Below, piece by piece: positions 21,678 to 32,565 of a stretch of DNA of 64,000 nt (positions within the stretch are counted from its first letter, which is position 1; the number at the start of each line of letters is the position of its first letter). Source of the stretch: an uncultured delta proteobacterium (GTDB taxonomy: Bacteria > Desulfobacterota > Binatia > UBA9968); NCBI GenBank assembly GCA_963840855.1, contig CAWJBB010000050.1:123071-187070 (forward strand). The letters are read 5' to 3'. The notes under the pieces were generated by a model. That model did no database searches. It saw only the letters and a list, made by a program, of their open reading frames with translations, and was not told the DNA's origin. The translations under genes and the position numbers were made by a program.

Positions 21678-22244
21678 ATGTCTGGCCGCGCGCTAGCGTT
21701 GCTCGTCGTGCTGGCTGCGCTACCGGTTTCAGCAGCGACACTCGACGAGAAGCTCGCGCCTTGCCTCGCCTGTCACGGCGACAAAGGACAATCGACAATC
21801 CCCGAAGTGCCGTCCCTCGGCGCGCAGCCGGTGTTCTATCTCTCGGTCCAGCTCCTCATGTTCCGCGAAAGCATGCGTAATAGCGAGCCGATGAATGCGT
21901 TGATGAAAGGCTTGAGCGACGATGATTTGCGCCGCATGGCGGCTGCGCTCGCCAAGCTGCCTGCGCCCAAGGCCGCCGCGGCGCCGTCCGATCCCGCCCG
22001 CATGGAACGGGCGCGCCTACTGGTCCAGCAGCACCGCTGCAATTTCTGCCACAAGCAGGATTTTTCCGGGGAAGAGAATGCCCCGCGCCTGGCCGGCCAA
22101 CGCGAGGACTATCTCGTCAAAGCGTTACGGGATTATAAGAGCAATTCGCGACGCGCCTACGATCCTTCCATGGCGGACGTGATGCATCCATTGACCGACG
22201 CCGATCTGCTCGATCTCGCCCATTTCCTCGCCCACCTGCGCTAA
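21678..22244 (+). CDS. Di-heme cytochrome c (c4/c553-type)
   Basis: Signal peptide, CLACH and CNFCH, PRLAGQREDYL. Confidence 0.9.
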   Translation: MSGRALALLVVLAALPVSAATLDEKLAPCLACHGDKGQSTIPEVPSLGAQPVFYLSVQLLMFRESMRNSEPMNALMKGLSDDDLRRMAAALAKLPAPKAAAAPSDPARMERARLLVQQHRCNFCHKQDFSGEENAPRLAGQREDYLVKALRDYKSNSRRAYDPSMADVMHPLTDADLLDLAHFLAHLR

Positions 22245-22261
22245 AAATGCGGGGAATAGAC

Positions 22262-22327
22262 GTTCCAAAAGTTCAAACCGTTCAAGTCGTTCAAAACGAT
22301 GGTCGGATGGTTTGCGGGCTTGAACGA
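22262..22327. repeat. GTTCAA 9-nt-period repeat element
   Basis: gttccaaaa-gttcaaacc-gttcaagtc-gttcaaaac ... cttgaacg. Confidence 0.75.
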
Positions 22328-22334
22328 TTTGGCC

Positions 22335-22407
22335 GTAGCCTGGGTGAAGTGAAACGGAATCCAAGGCAAATTAAACCCGGACTACGCTTGCGCTTCATCC
22401 GGGCTAC
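22335..22407. repeat. GTAG-type REP doublet (REPIN-like)
   Basis: gtagcctgggtgaagtgaaacggaatccaagg ... cccggactacgcttgcgcttcatccgggctac: two inverted GTAG-headed palindromic units. Confidence 0.75.
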
Positions 22408-22530
22408 TTGCTACTTGCTTGGGGAGGCGGCGGAGCGCGAGTCACTCGCGCGAAGACTGACACATCGTCCAGCGACGACTAACCTTCTGGCGATACGATG
22501 CCGTTCGGGCGAATCTCGCCGCGCTCTCGC

Positions 22531-25326
22531 ATGAAAAAGAAGCTTGTCTATCTGTTCGTCTTCGCCACACTCGTTCTTCTGGCTGCGTACCCGTTTCTGG
22601 AAGACACTGAACTGGCCAGTTGCCTGGCATATTTCAGCGGCGGAGTTCGCGACGTCGCAGTGGAAAGATCCGAACGCTTCCTCGGCAAAGTTCACCAAGA
22701 CACCATCCGTTGCCGCGGCGGAAACGATGCCGTCCCGTGGCGCGCCACGCCGTGGCTCGACTGGCAACGCTACTGGGGCGCGGGCGACGCCGACAGCAAA
22801 TACACCGGACTCCTGAGCGGTCTCGGCTTTCTTAGTCCCAATCATAGAGGTATTGGAGGCGCGCTACTCGACCTTGAATACCAGCGCATGGAGCTGCTCA
22901 AATTCAATCTTTTCGACAACAGCGGCACGTTCGAGGATTACGTTCGAAAGGGACAAAGCGACGGCAAGCTGGAACGAATCTGGCCGCAGTTCCGGCTGCC
23001 CAAAAATCATGCGTTCTACGCCAAGATCGGCGGCGATGGCGCGCAGAAATGTTCCGGCGAACTGATTCGTTTTCGCACTCTCGACGGCATCTGCAACGAC
23101 ATCATGAACCCGCTCATGGGCGCCACGGACCAACCCTTCGCCCGCAACGTCGACTTTTACAACACGTTTCCGGAACTGAGCACAAAAGACCTCGTAAAAA
23201 ACCGCCATGGCGATCGAATCGGCTTGCTCAAACCTGATCCTCAAGTTATCAGCAGAAAACTGTTTACCCGGACTCAATCAGTCCCCGAACAGTGCAATGC
23301 CGGCCAAGGGTTAGCCAACGATTCCACCGAAGCTCATTGCGATTATCAAAAAGCCCCGCATTTGAATGTCCTGGCGGCTTTCTGGATTCAATTCATAACC
23401 CATGACTGGTTCTCGCACTTGGACGAAGGCGAAAACCGGCCTGAACTGATGCCGATGGGTTGCGAGAATATGCGAATGAACGGCTTGGACCAGCCGCTGT
23501 CCTCGGATGAGATCGCCAGGTTAGGTTGCCGCCGCGGCGATCGCATCGACCAAGCCATCATGACCGAGGACGATGCGCCGAAAACCTTCAAACTTGGTGA
23601 CAAAGAATATCTCTCCCGCGCCCATAAGACGACGCCTAACAAAGTCACCGCGTGGTGGGACGCATCGCAGATTTACGGTTACGACGACAGATCGCGACGC
23701 CGCGTCAAGCGCGATCCGCGTGACCGCGCCAAACTACTGCTCGAAATCGTGCCGGAGCGGCGACAAGAACGCATGGGGTACCTACCCATGCTGCGGCCGC
23801 CGGACCCAATGAATCCGCAGTGGGCGGGACAGGAGGGCGTGGCCTTTCCGGACAATTGGAACATCGGTCTGAGTTTTTTTCACAACCTGTTTGCGCGGGA
23901 GCATAATCTATTCGTCGATAATTTTCGCGAGACCGCCGCGCGCACACCTGATGAAGATTCAGGGCTGCGCAATCCGGCGCGGTTGGATCAGACGATTCGA
24001 TATAGGGACGTCAGCGACGATGAACTCTTCGAAGTCGGGCGTCTCGTCATCGCCGCGGAGATCGCCAAGATCCACACCATCGAATGGACGACACAGCTCC
24101 TCTACAACGACCCGCTCTATCGGGCCATGAATGCCAACTGGTCCGGGCTCCTGAAAAAACACCCTCTGGTCAGTGCGGCTCTAGAACAAGTCGTGCAACG
24201 GTTCGCCAATTCAGAAAATGGCCGGAAGTCCCCCGAGTGGTTCTCCGCTTTCGCCGCAGGCCCCGGCATCTTCGGTCTTGCCAACAAAGGGCCCGACTTC
24301 AATGGTGGAGTGCATCATTTTGGCTCGCCTTTTAATTTTCCAGAAGAGTTTATCAATGCCTACCGGTTACATCCGATGGTCCCCGATCTCATCGAGTATC
24401 GCGACCTACTGAGCGATTCGAATGCTATTAAATTCAAGATTCCGGTGGTGAACACCGTGCGCGGCGACGCAACGCGGGCAATGCGACGGAATGGAATAGC
24501 AAATTGGGCAGTGTCGCTGGGACGCCAGCGGATGGGCAAACTTACTGTCCAGAACCAACCTCTTTTTTTGCAAAACTTGCAGATGCCGCGGCTAAAAAGC
24601 GCGACTGGCAAAATCGATGTCTTGGCGTTGGATATCATTCGCGACCGCGAGCGCGGCATTCCACGCTACAATGAGTTTCGCCGCCAATATGGACTCAAGC
24701 AGCTGACGAGCTTCGATGAGTTCATCGATCCGCGGTTACCGCAAGGCTCAGCCGAGCGCAGGAGACAAGAAAATATCGTAAAGCTGCTGCGGGAGGTCTA
24801 TGGACAGCATCGCTGCGACAAGACGAAAATCATCACCCAAGCGCAGAAAAACTCCGACAGAATCGATATCGACGACTGCCTGGGTCGACTGCATGGGAGC
24901 GTGGTGGATAATATTGAAGATGTGGACGCATTAGTCGGTTGGCTCGCGGAATTCGTCCGGCCCCACGGTTTCGCCATCTCCGAAACGCAATTCCAGGTAT
25001 TTATCCTGAATGCCTCACGCCGGCTTTTCAGCGACCGTTTTTTGACCTCGAGCTTTCGTCCCGAGTTTTATTCCCATCTCGGCGTAAACTGGGTTAACAA
25101 CAACGGCCCGGAGGGCAAGATTATGGAGAAAGGCAAACCCAACGGTCACGAGATGGAGGTTTCGCCGCTAAAACGGGTATTGCTTAGAACAGTCCCAGAG
25201 CTCCGCGCTGAACTAGAACCCGTGATCAATGTGTTTGATCCCTGGGCGCGCGATCGCGGCGAATATTATTCTCTCCAGTGGAAGCCGCGCCCAGGCGCGG
25301 AATCCGACGAAGCCTTCAAAAAATGA
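22531..25326 (+). CDS. Animal-type heme peroxidase / fatty-acid alpha-dioxygenase-like protein with N-terminal membrane anchor
   Basis: FWIQFITHDW, WWDASQIYG, FAREHN, AKIHTIEWT, EEFINAYRLHP, DRERGIPRYNEFRR, ASRRLFSDRF. Confidence 0.88.
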   Translation: MKKKLVYLFVFATLVLLAAYPFLEDTELASCLAYFSGGVRDVAVERSERFLGKVHQDTIRCRGGNDAVPWRATPWLDWQRYWGAGDADSKYTGLLSGLGFLSPNHRGIGGALLDLEYQRMELLKFNLFDNSGTFEDYVRKGQSDGKLERIWPQFRLPKNHAFYAKIGGDGAQKCSGELIRFRTLDGICNDIMNPLMGATDQPFARNVDFYNTFPELSTKDLVKNRHGDRIGLLKPDPQVISRKLFTRTQSVPEQCNAGQGLANDSTEAHCDYQKAPHLNVLAAFWIQFITHDWFSHLDEGENRPELMPMGCENMRMNGLDQPLSSDEIARLGCRRGDRIDQAIMTEDDAPKTFKLGDKEYLSRAHKTTPNKVTAWWDASQIYGYDDRSRRRVKRDPRDRAKLLLEIVPERRQERMGYLPMLRPPDPMNPQWAGQEGVAFPDNWNIGLSFFHNLFAREHNLFVDNFRETAARTPDEDSGLRNPARLDQTIRYRDVSDDELFEVGRLVIAAEIAKIHTIEWTTQLLYNDPLYRAMNANWSGLLKKHPLVSAALEQVVQRFANSENGRKSPEWFSAFAAGPGIFGLANKGPDFNGGVHHFGSPFNFPEEFINAYRLHPMVPDLIEYRDLLSDSNAIKFKIPVVNTVRGDATRAMRRNGIANWAVSLGRQRMGKLTVQNQPLFLQNLQMPRLKSATGKIDVLALDIIRDRERGIPRYNEFRRQYGLKQLTSFDEFIDPRLPQGSAERRRQENIVKLLREVYGQHRCDKTKIITQAQKNSDRIDIDDCLGRLHGSVVDNIEDVDALVGWLAEFVRPHGFAISETQFQVFILNASRRLFSDRFLTSSFRPEFYSHLGVNWVNNNGPEGKIMEKGKPNGHEMEVSPLKRVLLRTVPELRAELEPVINVFDPWARDRGEYYSLQWKPRPGAESDEAFKK

Positions 25327-25342
25327 ATTTTCTTTCCTCCCA

Positions 25343-26125
25343 TTACTTCCCGCGGGCCTTTCTCAGCGCGGCTGCCGTCGCCGCGCCGAAGCGCTTGTAT
25401 CGGATGGCGCGCCGCGCGCCTTTGGCCTTCATCTTGACGGCCATGCGCTCTTCGGCTTTGCTATCGCCTTTGTGCGAGAACGTTTCATGCTCGCCGCTCT
25501 GCGGGTTGAAAAAGCCCACGTAGCCGCCGGGATTCACACTGAAGGACTTGAGGGTTTTGCCGTCGTGCGGGCGGCCAAGAAAGTCGTTGCGCCCGCCGAC
25601 TTCCTCGCTGCTGGTGAAATAAAGCGGCAGGACGAAATTCGATACCGCCACGCCGTCGATCTCGTAAGTCTCCGCTTGCACGGCGTCGCACATCTCGTAC
25701 CAGTGAAAAACGTCTTGCTTAGAATTACCTGGATGCGGCCCGGCGACCAGTAAATTCACTTCCGGATCGCCGATCAATTCGAGCGCCTCGTGAGACAATG
25801 TCACCGTCCAGCTTTCGCCCAACTCTTTTGATAGTTCGGTGAATACAAAACCGAACGGAATGCCGTGGTTGTTTCGATCGTGGTATCCCAAGGCGTTGGC
25901 GACGTTAACGTTGTCCCAAAGATAGATCACAGCGTCGCCGCGCAAATCCGCCGGCTCCATGGGTTTTGGCTTGTTCCCCGTCTTTCCTTCGAGCCTCAGA
26001 GTCGCGCCGAGACTCCAGTAAGGTTCGAAGTCTTCCTTGACCTGGCGGTTGATGGCGCGCAGCACATGTTGCACATCCTCGTCGCTGAGCTTGCCATTGG
26101 TATGGTTGATAATCGAAATAATCAT
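25343..26125 (-). CDS. Conserved hypothetical protein with HExxE motif (possible metalloenzyme)
   Basis: GAGGAGG RBS before ATG 26125; ALGYH, TLSHEALELIGDP, YEMCDAV, VSNFVLP. Confidence 0.75.
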   Translation of the reverse strand: MIISIINHTNGKLSDEDVQHVLRAINRQVKEDFEPYWSLGATLRLEGKTGNKPKPMEPADLRGDAVIYLWDNVNVANALGYHDRNNHGIPFGFVFTELSKELGESWTVTLSHEALELIGDPEVNLLVAGPHPGNSKQDVFHWYEMCDAVQAETYEIDGVAVSNFVLPLYFTSSEEVGGRNDFLGRPHDGKTLKSFSVNPGGYVGFFNPQSGEHETFSHKGDSKAEERMAVKMKAKGARRAIRYKRFGAATAAALRKARGK

Positions 26126-26139
26126 GAAGACCTCCTCGA

Positions 26140-27996
26140 TCAAATTTTTTTGTCCGACAGAATCACATCGGCGGCTTTTTCGCCGATCATATAGATCGCG
26201 CTGACGATGAAAAATCCGGGAATGCGCGGAAACACCGAAGCGTCCACGACGCGTAGCCCTTGCGTGCCATGCACGCGAAAATCGCTGCTTAACACCCCGC
26301 CCTTTTCTTCTGGGCCGATTTGGCACGTGCACGAGGCGTGATGACCCCAGGCATTATTACGCACGAACTCTTTGAGATCGTCGTCCGACTGGCGGCGGTC
26401 GCCCGGCAACTCCTCCGCGGCGATTAGCCCTTGCTCTCGGAGGTCCTTGGTCATTGCCCGAACGAAGTGTATTCCTTCCACGACGGCGGCCAAATCTTTT
26501 TCCTGATTGTCGCTGCCCTCATCAAAATAATGAAAGTTTATCTTTGGCGGCACCCGTGGATCAGACGATTGTAAAGTAACCTTGCCGCGATTGTTTAGCG
26601 TGCGGGCCTTCAAAATAATCCAACTCAGATAATTCTGGTACTCAGCGAGTAGTTTCGAATAACCGGGAAAGTATCCTTTGAACTTGCCCACCATTCCGAG
26701 ACAGAACAGATCTGGCAGCTGATCTTGCTTGGATTTTTTTATAACGGCGAGCACGCCGCCGTTAGTCGTGTACACCCCTCTCCTTTTTTTCTGATCCCAC
26801 TCTCGATACTGCGGATCTCCCTGAGAGAACTTGCTTCCCGCCAGCATCTGCCAATCGTTTTTCATGCGATTGACGACGCTTACCTCGTAGCGGTCTTGCA
26901 GGTTCTTGCCGACTCCCGGAAGATGGTTCCGGACTTCAATACCGTATCGCTCCAATTCCTCCCGGGGGCCGACACCCGATAGCATCAAGAGCTGCGGCGT
27001 ATTGAACGCACCGCCACAAAGGATAACCTCCTTTGCCCCGTAAGCCTGACGTCTTTCACCCGCGTCGTTGCTCGGATTTGCGTGGGCCCGATAGAGACGC
27101 TCACCTTTTAGATATTCCACGCCGATGGCCCGATTCCGGCCTTCGAAGAGGACTCGAGTAACCAGCGCGTCGAATTCGATTTGCAGTTTGTCCGGAAACT
27201 TATTGGCCACGCTCAAGACCCGTTCCCGGCTGCCGACGCGCGCATGGCCCTGTGTGGTAAGCGGCACCATGCGAAGGCCGTATGCATTCGCGCTAACCAG
27301 CCGCCAGTCATTAGGATCGCCGCGCGTTTTGACGAACCAACGTAGCCGCTTCAGCCGATCGCCGATTTCGAATGACGCGTCGACAGCCGACTCCTCCAAC
27401 ACTTGCCTCAGACCGCGCACGCCCAGCGCTTCCATGGGAATCGCCAACTCGGTCGTCAGCCAACCGCTGAATCCGTGGCGGGAGGGGTTGAAGCCGGTTA
27501 ATGCCGCGATCCATCGTTTCAGCGGCCGGTGGCGGCAGTCTTCGAGGCGTTCAAAGTAGCGGCGCATCTTCGAGGCCTGCCAGGACAAGTCGCCGGTCAA
27601 CTTCGCGATGTCATCCCAATCGGCGTTGTGCGGATAAACCAGGATCATGGCGTTGTGCGCCGTGCAGCCGCCGAGGGTCGCGGCCCGCGGATAAAGAACC
27701 CCGTCGCGCTCCTTCGTAAACTTCTCGTCTTTTAGCTGGCGCTCGTCGCCACCGTAATGGCGCACGAAAAAATCCCAGCGCATCGCCGGGTTTTCCGAGG
27801 CAAAGGCGTGAAAGGCGGGAACTTGGTAGTCTCCGGGAAGTCTTGAATCGGTTAATTTACAAGGGTCGCCTCCGGCTTCGAGGAGGAGGACTTTCCGGCC
27901 CGCTTCGGCCAACCGCGCCGCCAACGTACCCCCGCCCGCGCCCGAACCGACGACGATATAATCATGCGCCGCGGCTCGGTTATCCGCTGCATCCAT
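26140..27996 (-). CDS. GMC family oxidoreductase (choline dehydrogenase-like)
   Basis: DYIVVGSGAGGG, LGGCTAHN, GGAFNTPQLLMLSGVG, VGKNLQDR, WGHHASCTC, LRVVDASVFP. Confidence 0.93.
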   Translation of the reverse strand: MDAADNRAAAHDYIVVGSGAGGGTLAARLAEAGRKVLLLEAGGDPCKLTDSRLPGDYQVPAFHAFASENPAMRWDFFVRHYGGDERQLKDEKFTKERDGVLYPRAATLGGCTAHNAMILVYPHNADWDDIAKLTGDLSWQASKMRRYFERLEDCRHRPLKRWIAALTGFNPSRHGFSGWLTTELAIPMEALGVRGLRQVLEESAVDASFEIGDRLKRLRWFVKTRGDPNDWRLVSANAYGLRMVPLTTQGHARVGSRERVLSVANKFPDKLQIEFDALVTRVLFEGRNRAIGVEYLKGERLYRAHANPSNDAGERRQAYGAKEVILCGGAFNTPQLLMLSGVGPREELERYGIEVRNHLPGVGKNLQDRYEVSVVNRMKNDWQMLAGSKFSQGDPQYREWDQKKRRGVYTTNGGVLAVIKKSKQDQLPDLFCLGMVGKFKGYFPGYSKLLAEYQNYLSWIILKARTLNNRGKVTLQSSDPRVPPKINFHYFDEGSDNQEKDLAAVVEGIHFVRAMTKDLREQGLIAAEELPGDRRQSDDDLKEFVRNNAWGHHASCTCQIGPEEKGGVLSSDFRVHGTQGLRVVDASVFPRIPGFFIVSAIYMIGEKAADVILSDKKI

Positions 27997-28011
27997 GCGA
28001 ATCGGTACTTT

Positions 28012-30489
28012 CTAGAAGGTCTTCAAATACTCGATCAGGGCCCGCTTGTCGTCGTCGCTTATCGGCGGCTCTTCCTTGAAAAAGCTCGTGCCAAAATAGT
28101 GGCCTTTGTTGACGACGTAGTCGGGACATTTGCTGAGGTCGATGAGCTTTTTGACCAACTCCTTGTCCTCCCTGAATACTTTCGCCGCTTCTTCGTCGCT
28201 GGCCCCGGCGACTCTTTTCAGCTTGGCTTTGATATCGAGCAAAACGCCGATCAGTTTCGCTTTGTCCGGCGTGTTCTGCAATATGCGATCAAGGTCGATG
28301 TTGGTGAGCAAGCTCACGGGCGTTCCCTTTGGTATCGGGCCGATTTGGATCACTTCTTCGCCGAAGAGCCAGGGAATCCAGCGATGGAGCCAGGGAAGCC
28401 AGCGTTCACTCCAACTCAGCAGATCGCCTAGAGCCTCGGGCAAGAACCCCGGAGCGATTTTAATATAACTTTTACGTGTCGGTGCGATAAATAAAACCCG
28501 GAACGTCGAGCGCTCTAGACTCGGCAAGCCGAGCTCTTAATGACATCTGGGTCTTTATTGCGCTTTTCCGGCCAGAGCATTTGTTCGATGGAATCGTTGA
28601 ACGAATCTATTCGCGCCTCGACGAAGGCTCTCAGTGGAATTTCCCCACCGAGTTATTGAGCAAAAACGGCGCCGTGGACCACAAGCTGATCAGCGACGGC
28701 ACGCGCGTATAACCACGGCCGTTGCCGGGCAATTCGTAGTCAAACGTTGAGCCGTCGATAGGATTATGCAGTGTCATTTTCCCGACGGCCGGCAGGTCCT
28801 TATAAGTCTGCGAGGAGAAATTGTCCCAGATATTTCTGTTGAGAGCATTGGTTGCCAGCGGGCTACACGCGTTAGTCTGGAGCAGCGTCACCGGGATGCG
28901 GCGCTCCGTGGATAAATAGTTGTCCGCAAGAAAATCATCCGCCATGACCATCGCCGTCATTTTCTTTCTAAAGTCGTCGGTCTTGGTCCACTTCCAATAC
29001 TGGTCCCAGTTTTGTTCATCGACACCCGCCGGCGGTTCGGGAATCTTGCTCGAATGGCAGCGCGCGCAATACTGGGCGAACACCGTCTTGCCGCGCGCTA
29101 GTTTGGCTTTGTCCTGCGTCAGATACTGTTCGCCGCCTGGAGCATTCTTGAGCAAGTCCGGCTGCGCCGTTTTGAGAAAAAACAACGCCACGTCCGCGGT
29201 CTGGGCGACGGTCGCGTTCCAGTAGCTTGAATTCTTTTCGGCATCTTCGATTCTAATAGGCGTGATCGGTTTTCCGCCGACCAGTGCATTAAAATGGAGC
29301 AGCCATTCCTCGCTGAAGAGGCCAATATTGATGAAGACACGGTTCAACGCGCCCAGTATGCCTACAGAGTCGGAGCCGTCTTTGAGCACCCGCGGGGTCC
29401 AAACGGTATCCGGCGCTTTGTAGAACATTCGAGAGTTCGGCAGTCTGCTTGAAATCCTGGAACTGCTTATTCTTAAGTCCGCCTCCGGCCAGTTTTTCCT
29501 GCCCCCAGCGCAAGGCGGGTCCAAGTCGCGGTCGGATGCTGTAGACGGCGTTCATCGTGCGCGGGTTATTGATGTAATCGGTGGAAATAAACGAGGTATC
29601 CAAGAGTTCCCGGAAACGAGGTGTGAATCAATTGATAAATGAAATTATCCTGGTCCTTTTGCCAGTTCCAAAACAGTATCCGGTCCACCCAGAAATATTG
29701 CGCCCCGGGATTGGAATTGAGATTTTCCCACTTGGGATTTTCCGGATCTTCCGGAGGTTTAACCGGGCTCGGCCCCACGTGGCAAAAGCCGCAGGACATG
29801 CCGACGCGGTAAGGGCGAATTAGATTCTTATCGTTGTAGTATTTCGTGTCGGTGTAAAATTTTTCGGCGTCCCACTTCTTTTGCGCCGCCTCATCGAAAT
29901 CCGGATTGGGGAAAAGGCGCAGGCCGACGATTCCCGACGCATAACCGTAATACGATCCTACCGGAACATTTTTTCCCCGGGCGCCGATTTTGACCCCGGG
30001 ATATTTCTGCTCGTTCTCGAACGGGTCGGGCGGACAATCCTTAAGGCGCGTGTCGAGCCACAAGCCAAAGCGGTCGGTGCTCGGTCCCTTGGGCTTTTCG
30101 AAGCAGGGCTCGTTTACGAGACCGAGATTCCGCCAGCGCGTGTCGCGGCTCAGATGAACGACTTTCGGATGCGACGAGACAATTTTCAATAGATCGACAA
30201 CACCAAAGCTCTTACTTACGAGGTGATCCCAGAAGCGGTCGTTGCCACCGGTCCAAACGATCCAATTATTGCGCCCTTTGACCTCGTTAATCGTTAGCGC
30301 AACACCGCCGTCCATGTCTTTGAAATAATCTTCGTCCGCGGCGGGAAAGCTTTCGGCTTTGCGTTCGGCCCTCATCGCCTCGTCCAGAACCCCGCCGGGC
30401 TCGGGCTTGGAATCTTTCTTGCCGCAGTTTGCGGAGAATAACGCGATGACGAGCACCGCGAGCAGGCGAAACGATTGTCCCCTTATCAT
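28012..30489 (-). CDS. RoxA-like di-heme cytochrome c lipoprotein, broken by frameshifts and a stop
   Basis: Lipobox-like FSANC, CGFCH and CARCH heme motifs, PSLISLWSTAPFLLNNSV, C-terminal ALIEYLKTF; pieces in ORFs 29566-30504, 29289-29603, 28631-29524, 28012-28527. Confidence 0.8.
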
Positions 30490-30759
30490 GGCTCCTCCTC
30501 CCAAATGCCCAGCCGCCGAACCGCGGCCGTGCGTAACGTCAATCGCCGTACCCGATGCCCATCAATATTCAAATCCCATACCGCAAATGTCGCTCACAAG
30601 GCAAGATTTTTTTCGCCCTCCAGGGCGTTTTTCTCTGCCCGCACTTCGCACCACTTCTAAAGAGCTGGCTTCGCCCGCCGAACATTAGATGAGGACGGCT
30701 CGCGTCTCGAACACGCCATCGTTATCCCCACATTCGAGATAACCAAGGAAGGATTGGGC

Positions 30760-32565
30760 ATGGATTGGTACATTTCCAAGCAGGGAGTCAAAGCGGGGCC
30801 TTACTCCGACACGCAAATCCAGGCGCTTCTCCAAGAAGGCCGCCTGGCTCCGAACCATCTCGCGTGGCGTTTCGGACTTGCCGGGTGGACGCCGATTCGC
30901 AAGCTTTCGGAGCTGCGCGACTCTGCTTCGTCTCATGCGCAGAGCGCGCAGCTCTTTCACCTAGTTACGGCAACCGAAACCGATCGGGCTACCGCTCGCC
31001 TTCCCGAGCGTGCTTCGGTAAAAATCCGGCGCGATTCCTATTGCGCGCGCCATTGGCGCGGCGAGCTATCGCTTCCCGTAAGTTTCTGGATCAACGGTAA
31101 CTTTGTCAGTCTGGCACTGGTCGCATTAGTTATGGCCGTCGCTGCGACGGACGCGGTCAATGAAATGCCGCGGTGGTTTGCCGCGGGCGGAGTCGCTTAT
31201 TGGTTGCTCCTCGCCGTCATGACCGTGTGGCAAATGGTCGGCGTCTGGCGTTCGGCGGAAAAATATCTTGCGGCGGGAAAATCGCAATGCTGGGGCCGCT
31301 TGGCGCTGGTGATGGTTATCCTCGGTATCTTCGCTTCGATTTTCAACCTCAGCATGGTCGGGGTGCCCCAAACGATGGAATTTGCTCAACTCGCGCTGGG
31401 CAGGGATCCCATTGGCTCCTACCAGCTGCGCTTGTTGCGCGACGCTACCGAGCTGGAAGTGTCGGGAGGGATTATTTTTGGTTTGACCGACGAAGTCGCC
31501 AAGACACTCGATGGCAACCCCGAGGTCAAGATCATTCACCTCAACAGTCATGGCGGCCGGGTCGGGGAAGCGCGCAGGCTGCGCAATCTAATTGTTAGAC
31601 GCAAGCTCGCGACTTTCACAGCGGCAGGATGTTTTAGCGCCTGCACATTGGCCTATGCCGCAGGCGAGCGCCGCCTTATTGGCAGAAACGCAAGCCTGGG
31701 ATTTCACCAATACGCCTTTCCAGGGGTCCAGCAGAGAGCGTTTCGGCGCCAATATGAAAAGGATAAAAACGACTGGCTGGCGCGCGGAATCGATCGCGCC
31801 TTCGTGGAGCGCGCCTACGCCACGGCGCACAACGACTTGTGGCGACCGGGGCATGCCGAACTTTTCGCGGCGGGCTTTGTAACAGGCTATCCTGACAGCA
31901 ATGAAGTGACCCTGTTGGGCATTCCCGATCGGCAGTCCGCCAAGTTGGAAGCCGAACTGAGCAAGCATGTGCTCTTTGCCGCGCTCAAAAAGCACGAGCC
32001 CGGCGTTTACCGTCGCGTCGTCGCTGAACTTGGAAACGGCCTCAAAGGGGGTCGGAGCCAGACCGAGCTCAGGGAAACTCTCTCTCCGGTCGCCCAATCG
32101 GTGTACCGAAAAAAACTGCCCCACGCATCCAACATCGCCCTGCTCGGCTTTACCGATCTTTTCATCGAGCAAACTGAGGCGCTTTACAACAACGATCCCG
32201 CGCTCTGTTACCAATACGTTTACGAGGCCGGACAAGGCCGTGGCGCCGAGATCAACAAATCCTTCTCCCAAGAACTGCAGGAAAAAGAAATGTTTGTGCT
32301 GGTTGAAGTAATTCGCTCCACCGCCGCGCAGGTACCGCCGGCGCCGGCGCAAGAACAGGTCCAGGAGCAGCTCAAAGCGGTATTTGCCACGCTGACCGAG
32401 CACCACGGCAAAAAAGATGTCGCGCTGCTCACGAATCCGGCGCGGGGCAAATCCGATCCCGCGAAGATGTGCGTTCTGACCCGCGAGCTGTACCAAAACA
32501 TCCGTAAGCTTCCCGAAGAGCAGTCGGCCATGGTGCTCAGATTCATGTTCGCGAACGCAAAATAA
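30760..32565 (+). CDS. GYF_2 (DUF4339) domain membrane protein with ClpP/crotonase-like periplasmic domain
   Basis: WYISKQGVKAGPY...LAWRFGLAGWTPI; three TM segments; LNSHGG...CFSACTL...LGFHQ. Confidence 0.8.
   Translation: MDWYISKQGVKAGPYSDTQIQALLQEGRLAPNHLAWRFGLAGWTPIRKLSELRDSASSHAQSAQLFHLVTATETDRATARLPERASVKIRRDSYCARHWRGELSLPVSFWINGNFVSLALVALVMAVAATDAVNEMPRWFAAGGVAYWLLLAVMTVWQMVGVWRSAEKYLAAGKSQCWGRLALVMVILGIFASIFNLSMVGVPQTMEFAQLALGRDPIGSYQLRLLRDATELEVSGGIIFGLTDEVAKTLDGNPEVKIIHLNSHGGRVGEARRLRNLIVRRKLATFTAAGCFSACTLAYAAGERRLIGRNASLGFHQYAFPGVQQRAFRRQYEKDKNDWLARGIDRAFVERAYATAHNDLWRPGHAELFAAGFVTGYPDSNEVTLLGIPDRQSAKLEAELSKHVLFAALKKHEPGVYRRVVAELGNGLKGGRSQTELRETLSPVAQSVYRKKLPHASNIALLGFTDLFIEQTEALYNNDPALCYQYVYEAGQGRGAEINKSFSQELQEKEMFVLVEVIRSTAAQVPPAPAQEQVQEQLKAVFATLTEHHGKKDVALLTNPARGKSDPAKMCVLTRELYQNIRKLPEEQSAMVLRFMFANAK

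Noticed and set aside
28631-28633. TGA in the di-heme cytochrome as selenocysteine
   Set aside because: Context KFH-TGA-EPS fits a Trp codon (TGG) error, and a frameshift follows within a few codons; no Cys-type motif
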